DNA of 64,000 bases. It comes from Candidatus Nanoarchaeia archaeon (GTDB lineage: Archaea > Nanobdellota > Nanobdellia > Jingweiarchaeales > Jingweiarchaeaceae). Made by a program: the position numbers and the translations under genes. Location: positions 136,701 through 200,700 of the forward strand of contig JAVZDD010000001.1 in NCBI GenBank assembly GCA_038874075.1, read 5' to 3'. How positions within the stretch are numbered: position 1 is the first letter of the stretch; each line of letters opens with the position of its first letter. Positions 1-10,638 of the stretch are shown one piece after another. The notes under the pieces are model-generated. The model had not been told where the DNA came from, searched no databases, and worked only from the letters and a program-made list of their open reading frames with translations.

Positions 1-976
1 GTGGAGGTTCCAAGTATTTTGCTATTCCTGATACGGGTACCTCTCGATAACCACCTGTAATGGATTCAATTCTTTCGTATCTTCCTAATATTGGTATATT
101 GGCATGATAAAGCATAATACCCCAAAATTGGAGACTTGCAACTAATGAAGCAGTTAAAATTACTGGAATGTTGCTTGTGTACATGAAATTTATTGGCCAT
201 CTTATACCGAAACCTCTGACCCTCCCAAAGCTCAATGGAACCTGAACGTTTATGGATTGTAGAAATGTTGCTAATGCAAAAACAATTAAAGTTGCGATGA
301 TGGATAGAAGCGGCCATGTGATTTCAATATATCTTCCTTGAATCAGTAAAGATATTATTTTGGGAATAGCGCCATAGGGAACCGAAGGATCGCTTGGGTC
401 TGAGAATGGGGAAAATCCTTGAACAAATATTTCCCTAGCAACACCTGCTACAATAAATAATGAAATACCTGAACCTATACCCCACTTACTTGATATCTCA
501 TCAAGCAACATTAGTATGAATCCACCTAAAATAAGTTGTAGTATCATAATTGCTGAAATGAGAATTGAAGGATACGCTGGAGGTAATGCTCCACTGAGTA
601 CATACATTCCATTTTCAAGAAAAATAAATGCAACTGAAAAAAGTTTATGTAGACCCTCATACATATTTTTTCCTTCTGGTGTTTGTGTATCTATCTTTAT
701 TATTTCGGCTCCCATCATTAATTGTAATACAATACTACCTGTAACGATCGGTCCAATTCCAAGCGTGATGAGAGAGCCAAATTGGGCTGCTAATAAAACA
801 GCAAGTGCTTCAAAACGGGAAACATAATTTTTATTTAAACCATAAAGTGGAATGAGAGAAAGTACAAAGTACAGAATTAGAACGATTGAAGTCCATGTCA
901 ATTTCTCTTTGAGGCTTAATCTCTTTTTTGGTTTTTCAACTTCAGGTAATAAAAATAATAAATCTTTCAATGCCAA
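1..976 (-). CDS. secY: Preprotein translocase SecY, N-terminal about 325 aa; gene runs off the window edge
   Basis: Reverse-strand translation from TTG/GTG at 976-985 gives LALKDLLFLLPEVEKP...GSLITLGIGPIVTGSIVLQLMMGAEII, the SecY signature. It lies immediately downstream of L15, the conserved L30-L15-SecY order. The ORF track misses it because it has a non-ATG start and no in-window stop. Confidence 0.8.
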   Translation of the reverse strand, partial: MALKDLLFLLPEVEKPKKRLSLKEKLTWTSIVLILYFVLSLIPLYGLNKNYVSRFEALAVLLAAQFGSLITLGIGPIVTGSIVLQLMMGAEIIKIDTQTPEGKNMYEGLHKLFSVAFIFLENGMYVLSGALPPAYPSILISAIMILQLILGGFILMLLDEISSKWGIGSGISLFIVAGVAREIFVQGFSPFSDPSDPSVPYGAIPKIISLLIQGRYIEITWPLLSIIATLIVFALATFLQSINVQVPLSFGRVRGFGIRWPINFMYTSNIPVILTASLVASLQFWGIMLYHANIPILGRYERIESITGGYREVPVSGIAKYLEPP

Positions 977-977
977 C

Positions 978-1394
978 CTACTCACCCACTATTTTTCCTC
1001 CAGCTCTCTCAATCTTTTCTTTAGCTTTTTTTGAAAATGATTTTGCTTTTACAATTATTTTTTTTGTTACATTCCCACCACTTAGTAGTTTATCATAACC
1101 CAATTTTGAGATGTCAATCACATAGTATTCTCCATCCTTACTTGCGATTCCCTTCTCTAATAAGCTTTCTATTTTTTCATCAATAAAGCCTATGTTTATG
1201 CCTCTCTCGTGTTTCTTTAATATCGGAACAAAACCTCTTTTTCCAATCGTATTACTCGCTGCGCTTGATACCTTCTGTTCCCCTCTTTTCCCCATTCCTG
1301 ACTTTCCTCTTCCACCCCGGTGGCCTGCACCTCTTCTCTTCTGTCCGAGTCTTCTGCTGTATCCTCTTTTTTTTCTTGATTTTTTTCTGCCCAT
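978..1394 (-). CDS. rpl15: 50S ribosomal protein uL15
   Basis: MGRKKSRKKRGYSRR..GAGHRGGRGKSG, the glycine/arginine-rich uL15 N-terminus; position between L30 and SecY. Confidence 0.9.
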   Translation of the reverse strand: MGRKKSRKKRGYSRRLGQKRRGAGHRGGRGKSGMGKRGEQKVSSAASNTIGKRGFVPILKKHERGINIGFIDEKIESLLEKGIASKDGEYYVIDISKLGYDKLLSGGNVTKKIIVKAKSFSKKAKEKIERAGGKIVGE

Positions 1395-1859
1395 TTAAAT
1401 CATCTTTTTTAGGAGCACATTTATCTTTTCTCCCCTGTAACCAAGCGCTCCTCCTTCTTTGAAACTTACTTTAATTCCCTTTCTCTCAAATCCACCACTT
1501 GGTGGCTTCAATCTAAAAACTTTTTTAACCCCAAGTTTCCTTATGTCTTCTTTTCCTTCAATTATAAGCTTACAAAATTCCTCTATTTCCATATTTACTT
1601 TGCTCTTCACATATTCTCTATCTATTCTCTTTCCTTTCTGGATATAGCCTCGCTTTAGTAAAAGTTGTGATAATGTATCGGCATTGATCTCTCCCCATGT
1701 AATAAAATCCTTAACCTTTTTTAACATTCCAAGATTTACTTTGTCATCATCTAAAATAACACAGCTATTTTTCTTATTAAGTCCTAATAATTTTAATGTG
1801 TATCTAATGTCATGTGGTGCTCTCACGCTACCTCTTATTCTTATCGCAGCTAACTTCAT
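1395..1859 (-). CDS. rpl30: 50S ribosomal protein uL30
   Basis: MKLAAIRIRGSVRAP..IRYTLKLLGL, a uL30/L7 family start; operon position. Confidence 0.9.
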   Translation of the reverse strand: MKLAAIRIRGSVRAPHDIRYTLKLLGLNKKNSCVILDDDKVNLGMLKKVKDFITWGEINADTLSQLLLKRGYIQKGKRIDREYVKSKVNMEIEEFCKLIIEGKEDIRKLGVKKVFRLKPPSGGFERKGIKVSFKEGGALGYRGEKINVLLKKMI

Positions 1860-2590
1860 TCTTTTTTACCCTCCACGATGCCCAAGCTCTTCTTCTGTAT
1901 TTCACCAATCTTGTAATATGAAAGTTTTTTAAGTGCATCAAAACATGCAAATGCAAGATTTATCCTTGTCCTTGTTTCACCAAATGTTTTGCTCCATACA
2001 TCACTTATACCTGCAAGGGATAAAATTTTTTTCAATTCGTTGTGAACACAGAGACCTATGCCTTTCGGTGCTGGTAATAATTCAACTCTTACACTGCTAC
2101 ACCTGCCTTTTATTTTAAATGGTATCGAGTGCGCCTCTCCACAATTGCATTCCCAACTACCACATCCTCTCTTTATTTTTATCACATTCAATTTTGCATT
2201 TCTGATCGCTTTCTCTCTTGCTGGAACTGTTTCAGGCGAAGAACCTAAACCTATTCCAACATAACCATTTCTGTTTCCAACAACAGCCAGACAGACAAAT
2301 TTTATTCTGCTCCCTTCTGCTGTTTTTTTCTGTGTTTGTCTGAAAACTTTTCTCTGTCCGCCACCAAATTTTCCCTTACTCTGTCCTATTAGAACTAGAT
2401 CACTCTCAAGATTTGGAATCAGAAAATCAACAATCTCTGGTTCCCTAATCTTTATACCTTTATCAAGTATTTCATCTATGTCAGAAATCTTTCCTTCTTT
2501 TACCAATTTCCCTATCTTTGTCTTTGGTATCCATTCTTCTTTAGTTTCCTCTTTAGTTTCCTCTTTTTCCTCCAATTGTTCCTCATCCAT
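1856..2590 (-). CDS. rps5: 30S ribosomal protein uS5 with acidic N-terminal extension
   Basis: GGGQRKVFRQTQ...GYVGIGLG core of uS5; operon position. Confidence 0.9.
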   Translation of the reverse strand: MDEEQLEEKEETKEETKEEWIPKTKIGKLVKEGKISDIDEILDKGIKIREPEIVDFLIPNLESDLVLIGQSKGKFGGGQRKVFRQTQKKTAEGSRIKFVCLAVVGNRNGYVGIGLGSSPETVPAREKAIRNAKLNVIKIKRGCGSWECNCGEAHSIPFKIKGRCSSVRVELLPAPKGIGLCVHNELKKILSLAGISDVWSKTFGETRTRINLAFACFDALKKLSYYKIGEIQKKSLGIVEGKKE

Positions 2591-3155
2591 TTTTTACACC
2601 AAAACTATCAATTATTTTCTTCTTTACTTCCTCAAAATGGTTTTCGAAGTTCTCAACATCAAAATTTGATTTTTTGTACATTGAAAACTGATTTTTCATT
2701 TCTTTCTCTTTCAGGATTTTAAAATAATTTGAAATATGTTTACCTCTTATTCGATCCTCGCTTGGAAGTACTTCTTTGTCAAATGGAACATTTATGCCAG
2801 AATCAACGAAACCCTTTAAACAAGCATAAAGCGAAGAACCTTTTGTTGGAACATGCATTCCTATGTCAAGTATTGCTTCATTGATTTTGTTTCTGGCTCT
2901 TAATCCACATAAAAGACCTGTTAAATATGCTGCTGGAATATTATTGGGATGTGCCTTCCAACCAAATTTTTTCAGCTCTAATGAATTTGCGCTCGCAATT
3001 GTTCTATCCCCTTTCTCATCATAAATCACTACTTGGGAAATAATCGAGTTCAATTTTCTTCTAACCACTAATCTTGGCTTTCCAGAAAGTAGTAGTTTCA
3101 ATCTTTTCCTATAATTTGTCTTTTTTTCTCTCCTGCGTTTGTATGCCAATCTCAT
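2583..3155 (-). CDS. rpl18: 50S ribosomal protein uL18
   Basis: MRLAYKRRREKKTNYRKRLKLL...PRLVVRRK, the uL18 N-terminus; operon position. Confidence 0.9.
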   Translation of the reverse strand: MRLAYKRRREKKTNYRKRLKLLLSGKPRLVVRRKLNSIISQVVIYDEKGDRTIASANSLELKKFGWKAHPNNIPAAYLTGLLCGLRARNKINEAILDIGMHVPTKGSSLYACLKGFVDSGINVPFDKEVLPSEDRIRGKHISNYFKILKEKEMKNQFSMYKKSNFDVENFENHFEEVKKKIIDSFGVKNG

Positions 3156-3601
3156 ACTTTCACTCCAAATTCTTTATCTATGTAAAGTTTGATGTGGGAA
3201 ATGCTTCTGAAAAATCCACCCTTCGAAAGCAAATACAATTTTCTATATTGTGTTTTTGTAATTTTTCCCGTATTTTTAAGTTCTTTTAAGAAACTTCTTT
3301 GTACTCTTATTTTATTTACCCAAACTTGAGCGTGAGGTACTCGTGCTGATTTTTTACCCTTCCTTGAACCAGGACCTCTCCTCCTACCCTTCCTCTTCTG
3401 TTCCTGAATTTTTTTGGCTCTGAATCTTGAAATACCTCTTTTCTTCTTTATTTTTATCGCTCCTTCTTCTATCAGCGCAAGTAAATCTGCTCGAGTAATC
3501 GCTTCTTTAATATCTTTAGCTCTAGCTGGATCCAACCAGATTCTCTTCTTTCCAACACCTAAGATTCTACTTATTAGCCTCTTTTGCTGATCCAGCTTCA
3601 T
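3152..3601 (-). CDS. rpl19e: 50S ribosomal protein eL19
   Basis: [26 protein letters not shown]19e family. Confidence 0.9.
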   Translation of the reverse strand: MKLDQQKRLISRILGVGKKRIWLDPARAKDIKEAITRADLLALIEEGAIKIKKKRGISRFRAKKIQEQKRKGRRRGPGSRKGKKSARVPHAQVWVNKIRVQRSFLKELKNTGKITKTQYRKLYLLSKGGFFRSISHIKLYIDKEFGVKV

Positions 3602-4016
3602 TTTTCTTCGCCTCGAATTTCTTCAAAAATTCTTCAGGTTTTTTTAAGTTGAGTATTTTAATTCCTCTTGCCATCGCTTCCTTTACAATCTCAACCTTTT
3701 TTTTCTTACCAACAGCTGCGATTCTAATCCCTTGTCTTTCTTTATCCTTAACCTTTTCCAAATCTTTAACATTTGCAACGTAAATTTCTTCCAGACCAGA
3801 GGGATGCAGGAATTTAACTTCTTTTGGTGAGGAATAACTTGGTGACGGCATCTTTGATACATATGATTTTTTCTTTCTTACCTTGCTATGCAAACCTTTT
3901 GGTCTTCTCCATACTTCCTTCAATCTTTTCCTTCGATGACATTCCCTTCTGATGAATATTGGTTTCTTTCTCTTTATCTTTCTCCTTAATTTTAAGAGTC
4001 TTTTAATTTCACTCAT
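3567..4016 (-). CDS. rpl32e: 50S ribosomal protein eL32
   Basis: [30 protein letters not shown], the L32e core. Confidence 0.85.
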   Translation of the reverse strand: MSEIKRLLKLRRKIKRKKPIFIRRECHRRKRLKEVWRRPKGLHSKVRKKKSYVSKMPSPSYSSPKEVKFLHPSGLEEIYVANVKDLEKVKDKERQGIRIAAVGKKKKVEIVKEAMARGIKILNLKKPEEFLKKFEAKKNEAGSAKEANK

Positions 4017-4563
4017 TCACCTTCGCCTTTTCAACAATGTATATTCCGTCTTGAAAGACTCTTCTATCAAGACCTCTAATCCTTGTTGCCCTTTCAATGT
4101 TAGCGGCTGTCTGTCCCACTTTTTCTATGTCTATCCCTTCAACGCAAATCTCATTACCTTTTACTTTGACATCCACTCCCTCAATAATCTTTGCTCTTCT
4201 TGGATTTCTTTCTCCCAAAAAATTTTCAATGATCAATTCGTTGCCTTGTAATTTGACATTCATCGGAAAATGGGAAAAGCATATTTTCAGTTTACATACA
4301 AAACCTTTTCTAACACCATCGAACATGTTCCTTATATGGGCAGCAAAGGTGTTCACCATCCTCTTCTCTTTTCTTGTATCTTTTGCTGCATTAATAATAA
4401 TTTTTTTATCTTTAATCTCAATTGATATATTCGGATATGCGAATTTTCTTTTTATTTCACCCTTTTCTCCTTTTATAACTAAAAAATTTCCATCCATATT
4501 CACATCTACTCCAGTTGGTATTTCTATTTCCTTATGGATTTTTTTCTTAGTAGACATAGGCAA
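4009..4563 (-). CDS. rpl6: 50S ribosomal protein uL6
   Basis: Two-domain L6-like sequence (IEIPTGVDV..); operon position between S8 and L32e. Confidence 0.9.
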   Translation of the reverse strand: MPMSTKKKIHKEIEIPTGVDVNMDGNFLVIKGEKGEIKRKFAYPNISIEIKDKKIIINAAKDTRKEKRMVNTFAAHIRNMFDGVRKGFVCKLKICFSHFPMNVKLQGNELIIENFLGERNPRRAKIIEGVDVKVKGNEICVEGIDIEKVGQTAANIERATRIRGLDRRVFQDGIYIVEKAKVNE

Positions 4564-4936
4564 TTAAAACACCACCTAATTTCTTGTTTTTTGCTTCCAG
4601 GTGTGTCATCATTCCTTTATTTGTTGATACAATGATGATACCAAAATCCTTTGCTGGTAAGTATCTTTTTTCAAACTTCTCAATTTCATCAATTGTGTAG
4701 GAAAATCTGGGTTTTATTGCGCAGCATTTGTTTATCCTTGCGATCAATTTAACTTTAAAAATTCCACCTCTGTTGTTCTCAATGAATTCATAATCACCAA
4801 TGTATCCGTGTTCCTTCATTATTCTAAGTACTTCTTTTATCTGTTTCGATGCTGGTTTGATAATGCATTCACTTTTACCAGTTTTCTCAGCATTCATTAT
4901 GATTGTTAATGCATCTGCAAGTGTGTCTGTTTTCAT
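4547..4936 (-). CDS. rps8: 30S ribosomal protein uS8
   Basis: [24 protein letters not shown]...GGVLIAYVY, the S8 signature. Confidence 0.9.
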   Translation of the reverse strand: MKTDTLADALTIIMNAEKTGKSECIIKPASKQIKEVLRIMKEHGYIGDYEFIENNRGGIFKVKLIARINKCCAIKPRFSYTIDEIEKFEKRYLPAKDFGIIIVSTNKGMMTHLEAKNKKLGGVLIAYVY

Positions 4937-4938
4937 TC

Positions 4939-5178
4939 TTACACCTCGTGCCCATATTTTTTAAAACCTATTTCCTTTGCAATCTCCCTGAAGCATTGTC
5001 TACATACATTCAATCCATATTTCCGAATGTGTGCTCCTCTCCTTCCACACCTAGTACATCTCCTCACATCCTTACCAAATTTCTTATCCTTTGGTTTGTT
5101 ATATTTTAAAAATCGCTGTAATTTAGCAGGCTTCCTTACTAATTGTTTCAATATCTTTTCATAACTTGAGCTCGTCAT
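4939..5178 (-). CDS. rps14: 30S ribosomal protein uS14, zinc-binding type
   Basis: [25 protein letters not shown], a CxxC...CxxC zinc ribbon. Confidence 0.9.
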   Translation of the reverse strand: MTSSSYEKILKQLVRKPAKLQRFLKYNKPKDKKFGKDVRRCTRCGRRGAHIRKYGLNVCRQCFREIAKEIGFKKYGHEV

Positions 5179-5699
5179 TTTTGAATCACTTCTACCCCAA
5201 AATTTTTCTTAAGGAAATCAATTACTTCTTCCTTTTTTATCATGTGTTTTTTTGATATTTTTCCACTCATTCTCTTTCTTTTTATCCTGAAACCAGGTCG
5301 CTCGAATGTAATACAAACACTTAGACCAATAATTCCTATGTTTGGATCATACTTAACCCCGGGTATGTGAATGTACTCTTCTATTCCAAATGAGAGATTT
5401 GCTCTCTCATCAAACTTTGAAATTTCTATTTTATTGTCAACTGCTTTAAATAATTTTTTGAGTATCTCAAATGCCTCTTGTTTTCTCAAAGTAACTTTGG
5501 CACCTATTTCAAGACCTTCTCGAATGTTGAATTCTGGAATTCTCCTCTTCGCTTTTGTTTTGATCGCTTTTTTACCTGTAATCATCTCTAACAGTTTTAC
5601 TGCTTTCTCCAACTTCTCTCCTGGTTCTCCGACACCAATATTCAATGTCACTTTTTCTATTCTTATTTCCCTCATTGGATTTTCATTCAATGTATTCAC
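5175..5699 (-). CDS. rpl5: 50S ribosomal protein uL5
   Basis: [17 protein letters not shown]...; operon position. Confidence 0.9.
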   Translation of the reverse strand: MNTLNENPMREIRIEKVTLNIGVGEPGEKLEKAVKLLEMITGKKAIKTKAKRRIPEFNIREGLEIGAKVTLRKQEAFEILKKLFKAVDNKIEISKFDERANLSFGIEEYIHIPGVKYDPNIGIIGLSVCITFERPGFRIKRKRMSGKISKKHMIKKEEVIDFLKKNFGVEVIQK

Positions 5700-6399
5700 C
5701 TACTAAATTTATCATTGGTTTATCTGTGCCAATTACATACACGTATTCCTTGGATGTCTCGAAAATTTTACCTGCATCACTTCTTAAAATGACCCTTGCT
5801 GGGACCGTGTCCTTTGGTGGTATTATTTTCTCAATCACTGCAATCGTACCTATGTGCCTTCCAGAGGCAACAAATACCTTTGAACCTTCAACAAATTTGA
5901 GATGTTGTTTTATTTCTTGATTTGGTAAAGAAATTAAAAGGGAATCACCAACTTTATATTTATTATCATTTGTCAAAATACTTCTTCCATCATGCAAGTT
6001 TAGTTGTATCTTATTCTTAGGAATCGTTCTCTTTCCAATTATCTTGCATATCTTTGTATTTTCAGAAGCATCAATTTTGATCAATGAAATCCTACCTTTT
6101 CTATTGAGAATGACCCTATAGTTAAGTGCTAATTTTGGTATTGAAAGAATGTCAAAAAGACCTACGCCAAATTTTGGATCTTTTCTTATCTTAAAATCAA
6201 CTAAAACTTCACCTCTTTTCAGAATCTTCTTTGTTTCATCCGAATTTCTTGTAATTTTCAGTATATCTCGAATGATGATCAATAAAGGTATGCTTCTGTC
6301 ACTCGGGTGTGGTCCTCTCGGTTTTGGTGCAAACTTCACAATTTTTCTTGGAATCTTCCAAGCCTTCGGAATTGCGAGTCTCTTTAAATGTTTTTTCAT
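5683..6399 (-). CDS. rps4e: 30S ribosomal protein eS4
   Basis: MKKHLKRLAIPKAWKIPRKIVKFAPKPRGPHP, the S4e N-terminus. Confidence 0.9.
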   Translation of the reverse strand: MKKHLKRLAIPKAWKIPRKIVKFAPKPRGPHPSDRSIPLLIIIRDILKITRNSDETKKILKRGEVLVDFKIRKDPKFGVGLFDILSIPKLALNYRVILNRKGRISLIKIDASENTKICKIIGKRTIPKNKIQLNLHDGRSILTNDNKYKVGDSLLISLPNQEIKQHLKFVEGSKVFVASGRHIGTIAVIEKIIPPKDTVPARVILRSDAGKIFETSKEYVYVIGTDKPMINLVGEYIE

Positions 6400-6401
6400 T
6401 T

Positions 6402-6791
6402 TTACACCTTTGTAATTTTGCTTTCAATCTTGCTTTTTCTCAATTTATCATTCAAATTTAATTCAACGATCATCAAATTTGATGGTTTCAATGGATAACT
6501 TGTCTTTGTTCCATCTGCTTTCTCAATCTTTGCGACATCAACAAAAACATTACCTTTTCTCAAATCAATTCTTTCAACAGTACCAACCATTTTCTTAAAT
6601 CTTCCCTTCATAATTTTCACTTTATCACCTTTACAAATCGTTACACTTCGTCTTTTGTACTTTGCTCTCAATTCCTTTGATAGATTAACAGATAAAAACT
6701 TCCTTCTAATATGAAGTGGGGCATTATACCTATACTTACGCTGCTTGCTTGGTTTTTTGCTACTCTTCCATTTTTTACTCCAATATTTCAT
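6402..6791 (-). CDS. rpl24: 50S ribosomal protein uL24
   Basis: KOW motif KGDKVKIMKGRFKKMVGTVERID. Confidence 0.9.
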   Translation of the reverse strand: MKYWSKKWKSSKKPSKQRKYRYNAPLHIRRKFLSVNLSKELRAKYKRRSVTICKGDKVKIMKGRFKKMVGTVERIDLRKGNVFVDVAKIEKADGTKTSYPLKPSNLMIVELNLNDKLRKSKIESKITKV

Positions 6792-6799
6792 TTTTACAC

Positions 6800-7231
6800 C
6801 TAAGCCACGATACTTGCAACTTTTGAAATATTTGGAAATCTTTCGATTACTTCCTTTGCGATTGGTCCCTTCACAATCGTTGCTTGAGGATCCTTTGTCT
6901 TAAGGTCTTTTAGCAAAATTGCTGCATTGTCTTCAAACTTTACCCTTAAACCATTCGCTCTCCTGTATTCTTTTTTCTGCCTAATTATTACTGCATTCAC
7001 GATCTTATGTTTCATCTCTGGTGTTCCATCTTTAACTACTGCTGTTATTATGTCACCAACACCTCCTGCAGGATATCTGTTTTTTACACCCTTGTATCCT
7101 CTTATAGATATTACTGTAATCAATCTTGCTCCTGAATTATCCGCCACTTTTATTGTTGAATTTACCGGAATTGCTCTTGTTACGTGTGCTTTGATTGGTT
7201 TAATACCAACTGTTTTTCTTCCTACACCCAT
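6800..7231 (-). CDS. rpl14: 50S ribosomal protein uL14
   Basis: IKVADNSGARLITVISIRGYKG... Confidence 0.9.
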   Translation of the reverse strand: MGVGRKTVGIKPIKAHVTRAIPVNSTIKVADNSGARLITVISIRGYKGVKNRYPAGGVGDIITAVVKDGTPEMKHKIVNAVIIRQKKEYRRANGLRVKFEDNAAILLKDLKTKDPQATIVKGPIAKEVIERFPNISKVASIVA

Positions 7232-7236
7232 TTATC

Positions 7237-7563
7237 TCACCCTATCTTCTCAATAATGACAAATTTCTTTATTTTGCTTAAAGGTCTACATTCCATTATC
7301 CTTACCCTATCGCCTTCTTTTGCATTTATGCAGCTTGGATTATGAGCATAAACTCTTGTTTTTCTTCCTTCATATCTTTCAAATTTTTTTAGATACCTGA
7401 AATACCTCCACTCAACAATTGCGGTCTTCGCTGGCTTTGATCCAATGACTTTACCCTCGAACATTCTCCCCCTAACTCTAAGCTTACCATGAAAAGGACA
7501 GTTCCTATCTGTGCATTCCTTCGTTGGTACCTTTACATTTATTCCAATATTTCTTACCATCAA
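7237..7563 (-). CDS. rps17: 30S ribosomal protein uS17
   Basis: GKVIGSKPAKTAIVEWRYFRYLKKFERYEGRKTRVYAHNP, an OB-fold S17. Confidence 0.9.
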   Translation of the reverse strand: MMVRNIGINVKVPTKECTDRNCPFHGKLRVRGRMFEGKVIGSKPAKTAIVEWRYFRYLKKFERYEGRKTRVYAHNPSCINAKEGDRVRIMECRPLSKIKKFVIIEKIG

Positions 7564-7564
7564 A

Positions 7565-7828
7565 TCACCTTTTCAATCTATCCTCTGGTCTGCCAATTAA
7601 AAGATTCCCATCTATCCTAATCTTTCTACCTTCAATCTCAAATTCAAATATCGTGTCTTTTTTTGGAACCATTTTTTCCCTTCCCATTTGCTCGATTACC
7701 AGCATGTTCTTTGTCTCGTCCACTACTTTCCCTACAATTTTTTCGTATGAGTTATTTATGCTTTTCTTTACCTTCACTTTTAGCCCTATCAGTTCATGTC
7801 TGGTGATATTCTTCGGACTTATCATCAT
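7565..7828 (-). CDS. rnp1: RNase P protein component 1 (Rpp29/Pop4)
   Basis: 87 aa, HELIGLKVKVKKS...GKVVDETKNMLVI; conserved archaeal position between SUI1 and S17. Confidence 0.7.
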   Translation of the reverse strand: MMISPKNITRHELIGLKVKVKKSINNSYEKIVGKVVDETKNMLVIEQMGREKMVPKKDTIFEFEIEGRKIRIDGNLLIGRPEDRLKR

Positions 7829-8133
7829 GAAACTTCGATAGTTTCCGGTGCAAATCCAAGTTTTACTAGTATCTCTTTTGCTTTTTTCCTGTGATCTCCC
7901 TGCAGTTCAAGTGTATTGTTCTTGATTGTTCCACCACATGCCAATTCTGTTTTCATTTTTTTCACGATTTCTTTAAGATCTATTTGTTTTGTGTCAATCC
8001 CTGAAATCACTGTCATAAACTTGCCAAATCGTTTCTTCTCTAATTTTATCATAATTTTTGTTTGCTCCTTCGCTATTATTTCACATGCACAAATGTCCTT
8101 TGGTAAACCACACTTTGGACATGTTTCACTCAT
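7825..8133 (-). CDS. Translation initiation factor SUI1 / aIF1
   Basis: CGGTIKNNTLELQGDHRKKAKEIL, the SUI1 signature; position between L29 and Rpp29. Confidence 0.8.
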   Translation of the reverse strand: MSETCPKCGLPKDICACEIIAKEQTKIMIKLEKKRFGKFMTVISGIDTKQIDLKEIVKKMKTELACGGTIKNNTLELQGDHRKKAKEILVKLGFAPETIEVS

Positions 8134-8333
8134 TTTATTTTTTTCTCTCCCTTTAACATCAATATTCTTGCAATTGTTTTTTTAATTTCTTTTATTTTCC
8201 CTGGATTGTCCGGATTAACTTTACTTGCGATTTTTGTGCGAGCATTAATTAATTCTTTCCTGAGTTCCGAAAGTTTTTCATCTAATTCTTTTTCACTCAT
8301 TTTTCTGAGCTCTTTCATCCTTATTATTGCCAT
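8130..8333 (-). CDS. rpl29: 50S ribosomal protein uL29
   Basis: MKELRKMSEKELDEKLSELRKELINAR. True start is probably an internal Met, since the ORF-track start overlaps the S3 end. Confidence 0.85.
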   Translation of the reverse strand: MAIIRMKELRKMSEKELDEKLSELRKELINARTKIASKVNPDNPGKIKEIKKTIARILMLKGEKKIK

Positions 8334-9042
8334 TTGTCTTACCCTCCAACTCCTCTTGTTTTAATCTTTCCTCTTCTTTCTCCATTTCTTCTTTTTCTTC
8401 TTTCGTTAATTCTCCGCTCTCAACCTGAACTTCTACCTTTTTCTCTTCTACTTTCAATTTTATATCATCTGGCATTTCTACATTCGGCGGCAAGATTTTC
8501 ACAGTGACTCCAACTATTCCTGGAGGTAACAATATCGCCTTGAATCCTTTCAAAACTTGCGTCTGTGCGATTTGACCACATTTCGGGAGATAACCAGCAA
8601 AAAATCGCCAATAATTGGCTCTCTTTCCGGGCACTTTTCCTGCGATCTTAATTTCAGCTCCTATTGCACCAGCTTTCATTATTCTTTCAATGTTCTTGTG
8701 ACCTATTGCCTTGAAGCGAGAAACCCCAAATCTATAGAGTTGGTTTGCAACTCGCTCAGCCATTATTTGTGGATCGAGTTCTTGAACTTCAACTTCCTTA
8801 ACTTCAAGTTGGGGATTCTCAATATTGAATTTATTCTTCAGGGTTTCAACTATTTCATTGATGTTTGCACCCTTTCTACCCACAATTAAACCAGGTTTTG
8901 CGGCGTATATCACAATCCTAGTACCAAGTGGTACTTTTTGAATCTCAACATGACTATATCCAACATTCTTTAGTATTTCATTTAGATAATTCCTCACTTG
9001 AAATTCCTTCATCTTCTCTTTGATGAACTTGTGCGCGATCAT
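8293..9042 (-). CDS. rps3: 30S ribosomal protein uS3 (KH domain) with Glu/Lys-rich C-terminal tail
   Basis: KH motif VIYAAKPGLIVGRKGANINEI; operon position. Confidence 0.9.
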   Translation of the reverse strand: MIAHKFIKEKMKEFQVRNYLNEILKNVGYSHVEIQKVPLGTRIVIYAAKPGLIVGRKGANINEIVETLKNKFNIENPQLEVKEVEVQELDPQIMAERVANQLYRFGVSRFKAIGHKNIERIMKAGAIGAEIKIAGKVPGKRANYWRFFAGYLPKCGQIAQTQVLKGFKAILLPPGIVGVTVKILPPNVEMPDDIKLKVEEKKVEVQVESGELTKEEKEEMEKEEERLKQEELEGKTNGNNKDERAQKNE

Positions 9043-9506
9043 TTTTTCTCACTTAATTCGATTAAAACATTTGTCCCTTTACCATAACCGTACTTTTGCA
9101 TTTTTTTCTTTGAAATTCCTCTCGTAACTAATATCTTAGATATGTACAGTTTTCCTTCATCCATGTTATGGTACTTTGCATTTGCAATCGCATTTTTTAA
9201 GAGTTCTAACATGTACTTCGTGGGTTTTGTTGCATATCTGCCAGCCGCAATCCCCTTACGGTGTGGAACATCTCGCTTGTATCTCTTAAATGGAACTGCT
9301 CTCTTAAACTCCAAAACTTCTTCTAAAATCTTCTTTGCTTTTGAAACATCTTTCCCTTTGATCATCATTGCAATGTTCACACATTTCTTGAATGAGATTG
9401 GAAGTCTCCATCCTCTTGCACTTGCAACTTCTAATTTTCCCTTAACTACTTTAACCTCCTTCTTCTCTTTCTTTTCCTCTTTTTTCTCTTCTGCCATTTT
9501 GCTCAC
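9039..9506 (-). CDS. rpl22: 50S ribosomal protein uL22
   Basis: [25 protein letters not shown]... Confidence 0.9.
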   Translation of the reverse strand: MSKMAEEKKEEKKEKKEVKVVKGKLEVASARGWRLPISFKKCVNIAMMIKGKDVSKAKKILEEVLEFKRAVPFKRYKRDVPHRKGIAAGRYATKPTKYMLELLKNAIANAKYHNMDEGKLYISKILVTRGISKKKMQKYGYGKGTNVLIELSEKK

Positions 9507-9904
9507 TTTATTGGCACGAATGCACTACCCCTTGTAGCACCAACACCTGGTGCTCCATGCTGAACCCTTTTCCTTGTTAAAACAAAATCTCCTAGTCTAA
9601 ATCCAATCATCTCTGGTTTTATTTCGATTACAACGAATTCTTTTCCGTTGTGAACAGCAAACTTAAGTCCAATCATATCTGGTAAAATTATCATCTCTCT
9701 CAAATTTGTCCTAATAATCGTATCTGCGCTTAATTTACCTTTCTTTATCATCTCTATCTTCTTTAATAATTTCTTCTGCTCTTCATTGAATCCACGCAAT
9801 AAACTCCTTCTTTGTCTTGCTGGTAAAAGCTTTGCAAATTCCTTTAAATCCATCTTTTTAAGTTCTTCAATTTCATATCCACGGTATGTAAATTTCTTTA
9901 CCAT
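9503..9904 (-). CDS. rps19: 30S ribosomal protein uS19
   Basis: [30 protein letters not shown]. Confidence 0.9.
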   Translation of the reverse strand: MVKKFTYRGYEIEELKKMDLKEFAKLLPARQRRSLLRGFNEEQKKLLKKIEMIKKGKLSADTIIRTNLREMIILPDMIGLKFAVHNGKEFVVIEIKPEMIGFRLGDFVLTRKRVQHGAPGVGATRGSAFVPIK

Positions 9905-9910
9905 TTTTCA

Positions 9911-10630
9911 TCACTTCTTCCCAGTTCTTTTAGCAGCTATGCTTCCAACTTTTGCTCCTGGTGGCTTCCTTCTTGAAACGGTTTTGTTCTTCTTCGTTCT
10001 TGAGCCTTTTCCACCATATGGATGAGCATAAGCACTCATCGCAACACCTCTAACAACTGGCCAGTATTTTCCTCGAGATTTCATTTCATACCACTTTTTG
10101 CCTGCTTTTATAAATGGTTTCTCGGTTCTACCTGCGCCTGCTATTGCGCCTATCATGGCTCTACAATTCGGATTAAAAGCTTTAAGTTCTTTTGAAGGAA
10201 GTTGGACGATCACTTTATCCGCTTCTCTGGTAATCACAGTTGCATAACCCCCACTTGCTCTAACAATTTTCCCACCATCTCCTGGTCTCAATTCAATATT
10301 AGATACCTGCGTTCCCTCTGGTATCTTCAAAAGTGGAAGTACATTACCAACTTTAATACTTGCATTGATACCACTTTCCACGACATCTCCTGTTTTTATT
10401 CCATTTGGCGCAGGAAGCAAAACTTCTTTTTTGTCTTCATATTTTATCTTCATCAAAGGCGCAGTTCTACCGGGATCATGTAAAATATCGACTACTTTAC
10501 CTCTAACAACATCTGTCCTTTCTTTTTCATCGAAGATCCTAAAACAAGCGTCCCCTAAGTATCTGAATCCATGAGTCCTAAAAACATTTGTTCCCTTTCC
10601 TCTCCTTCTTTGTTTTATCCTGTGTGTCAT
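9911..10630 (-). CDS. rpl2: 50S ribosomal protein uL2
   Basis: SGGYATVITRE..AMSAYAHPYGGKGSRTKKNKTVSRRKPPG. Confidence 0.95.
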   Translation of the reverse strand: MTHRIKQRRRGKGTNVFRTHGFRYLGDACFRIFDEKERTDVVRGKVVDILHDPGRTAPLMKIKYEDKKEVLLPAPNGIKTGDVVESGINASIKVGNVLPLLKIPEGTQVSNIELRPGDGGKIVRASGGYATVITREADKVIVQLPSKELKAFNPNCRAMIGAIAGAGRTEKPFIKAGKKWYEMKSRGKYWPVVRGVAMSAYAHPYGGKGSRTKKNKTVSRRKPPGAKVGSIAAKRTGKK

Positions 10631-10638
10631 AAAAACAC

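Noticed and set aside
66-1034. ORF-track ORFs 66..317(-), 516..827(+), 852..1034(+)
   Set aside because: They lie inside or antisense to the clear SecY reading frame (GIGPIVTGSIVLQL...). Their proteins are low-complexity with no motifs, so they are spurious.
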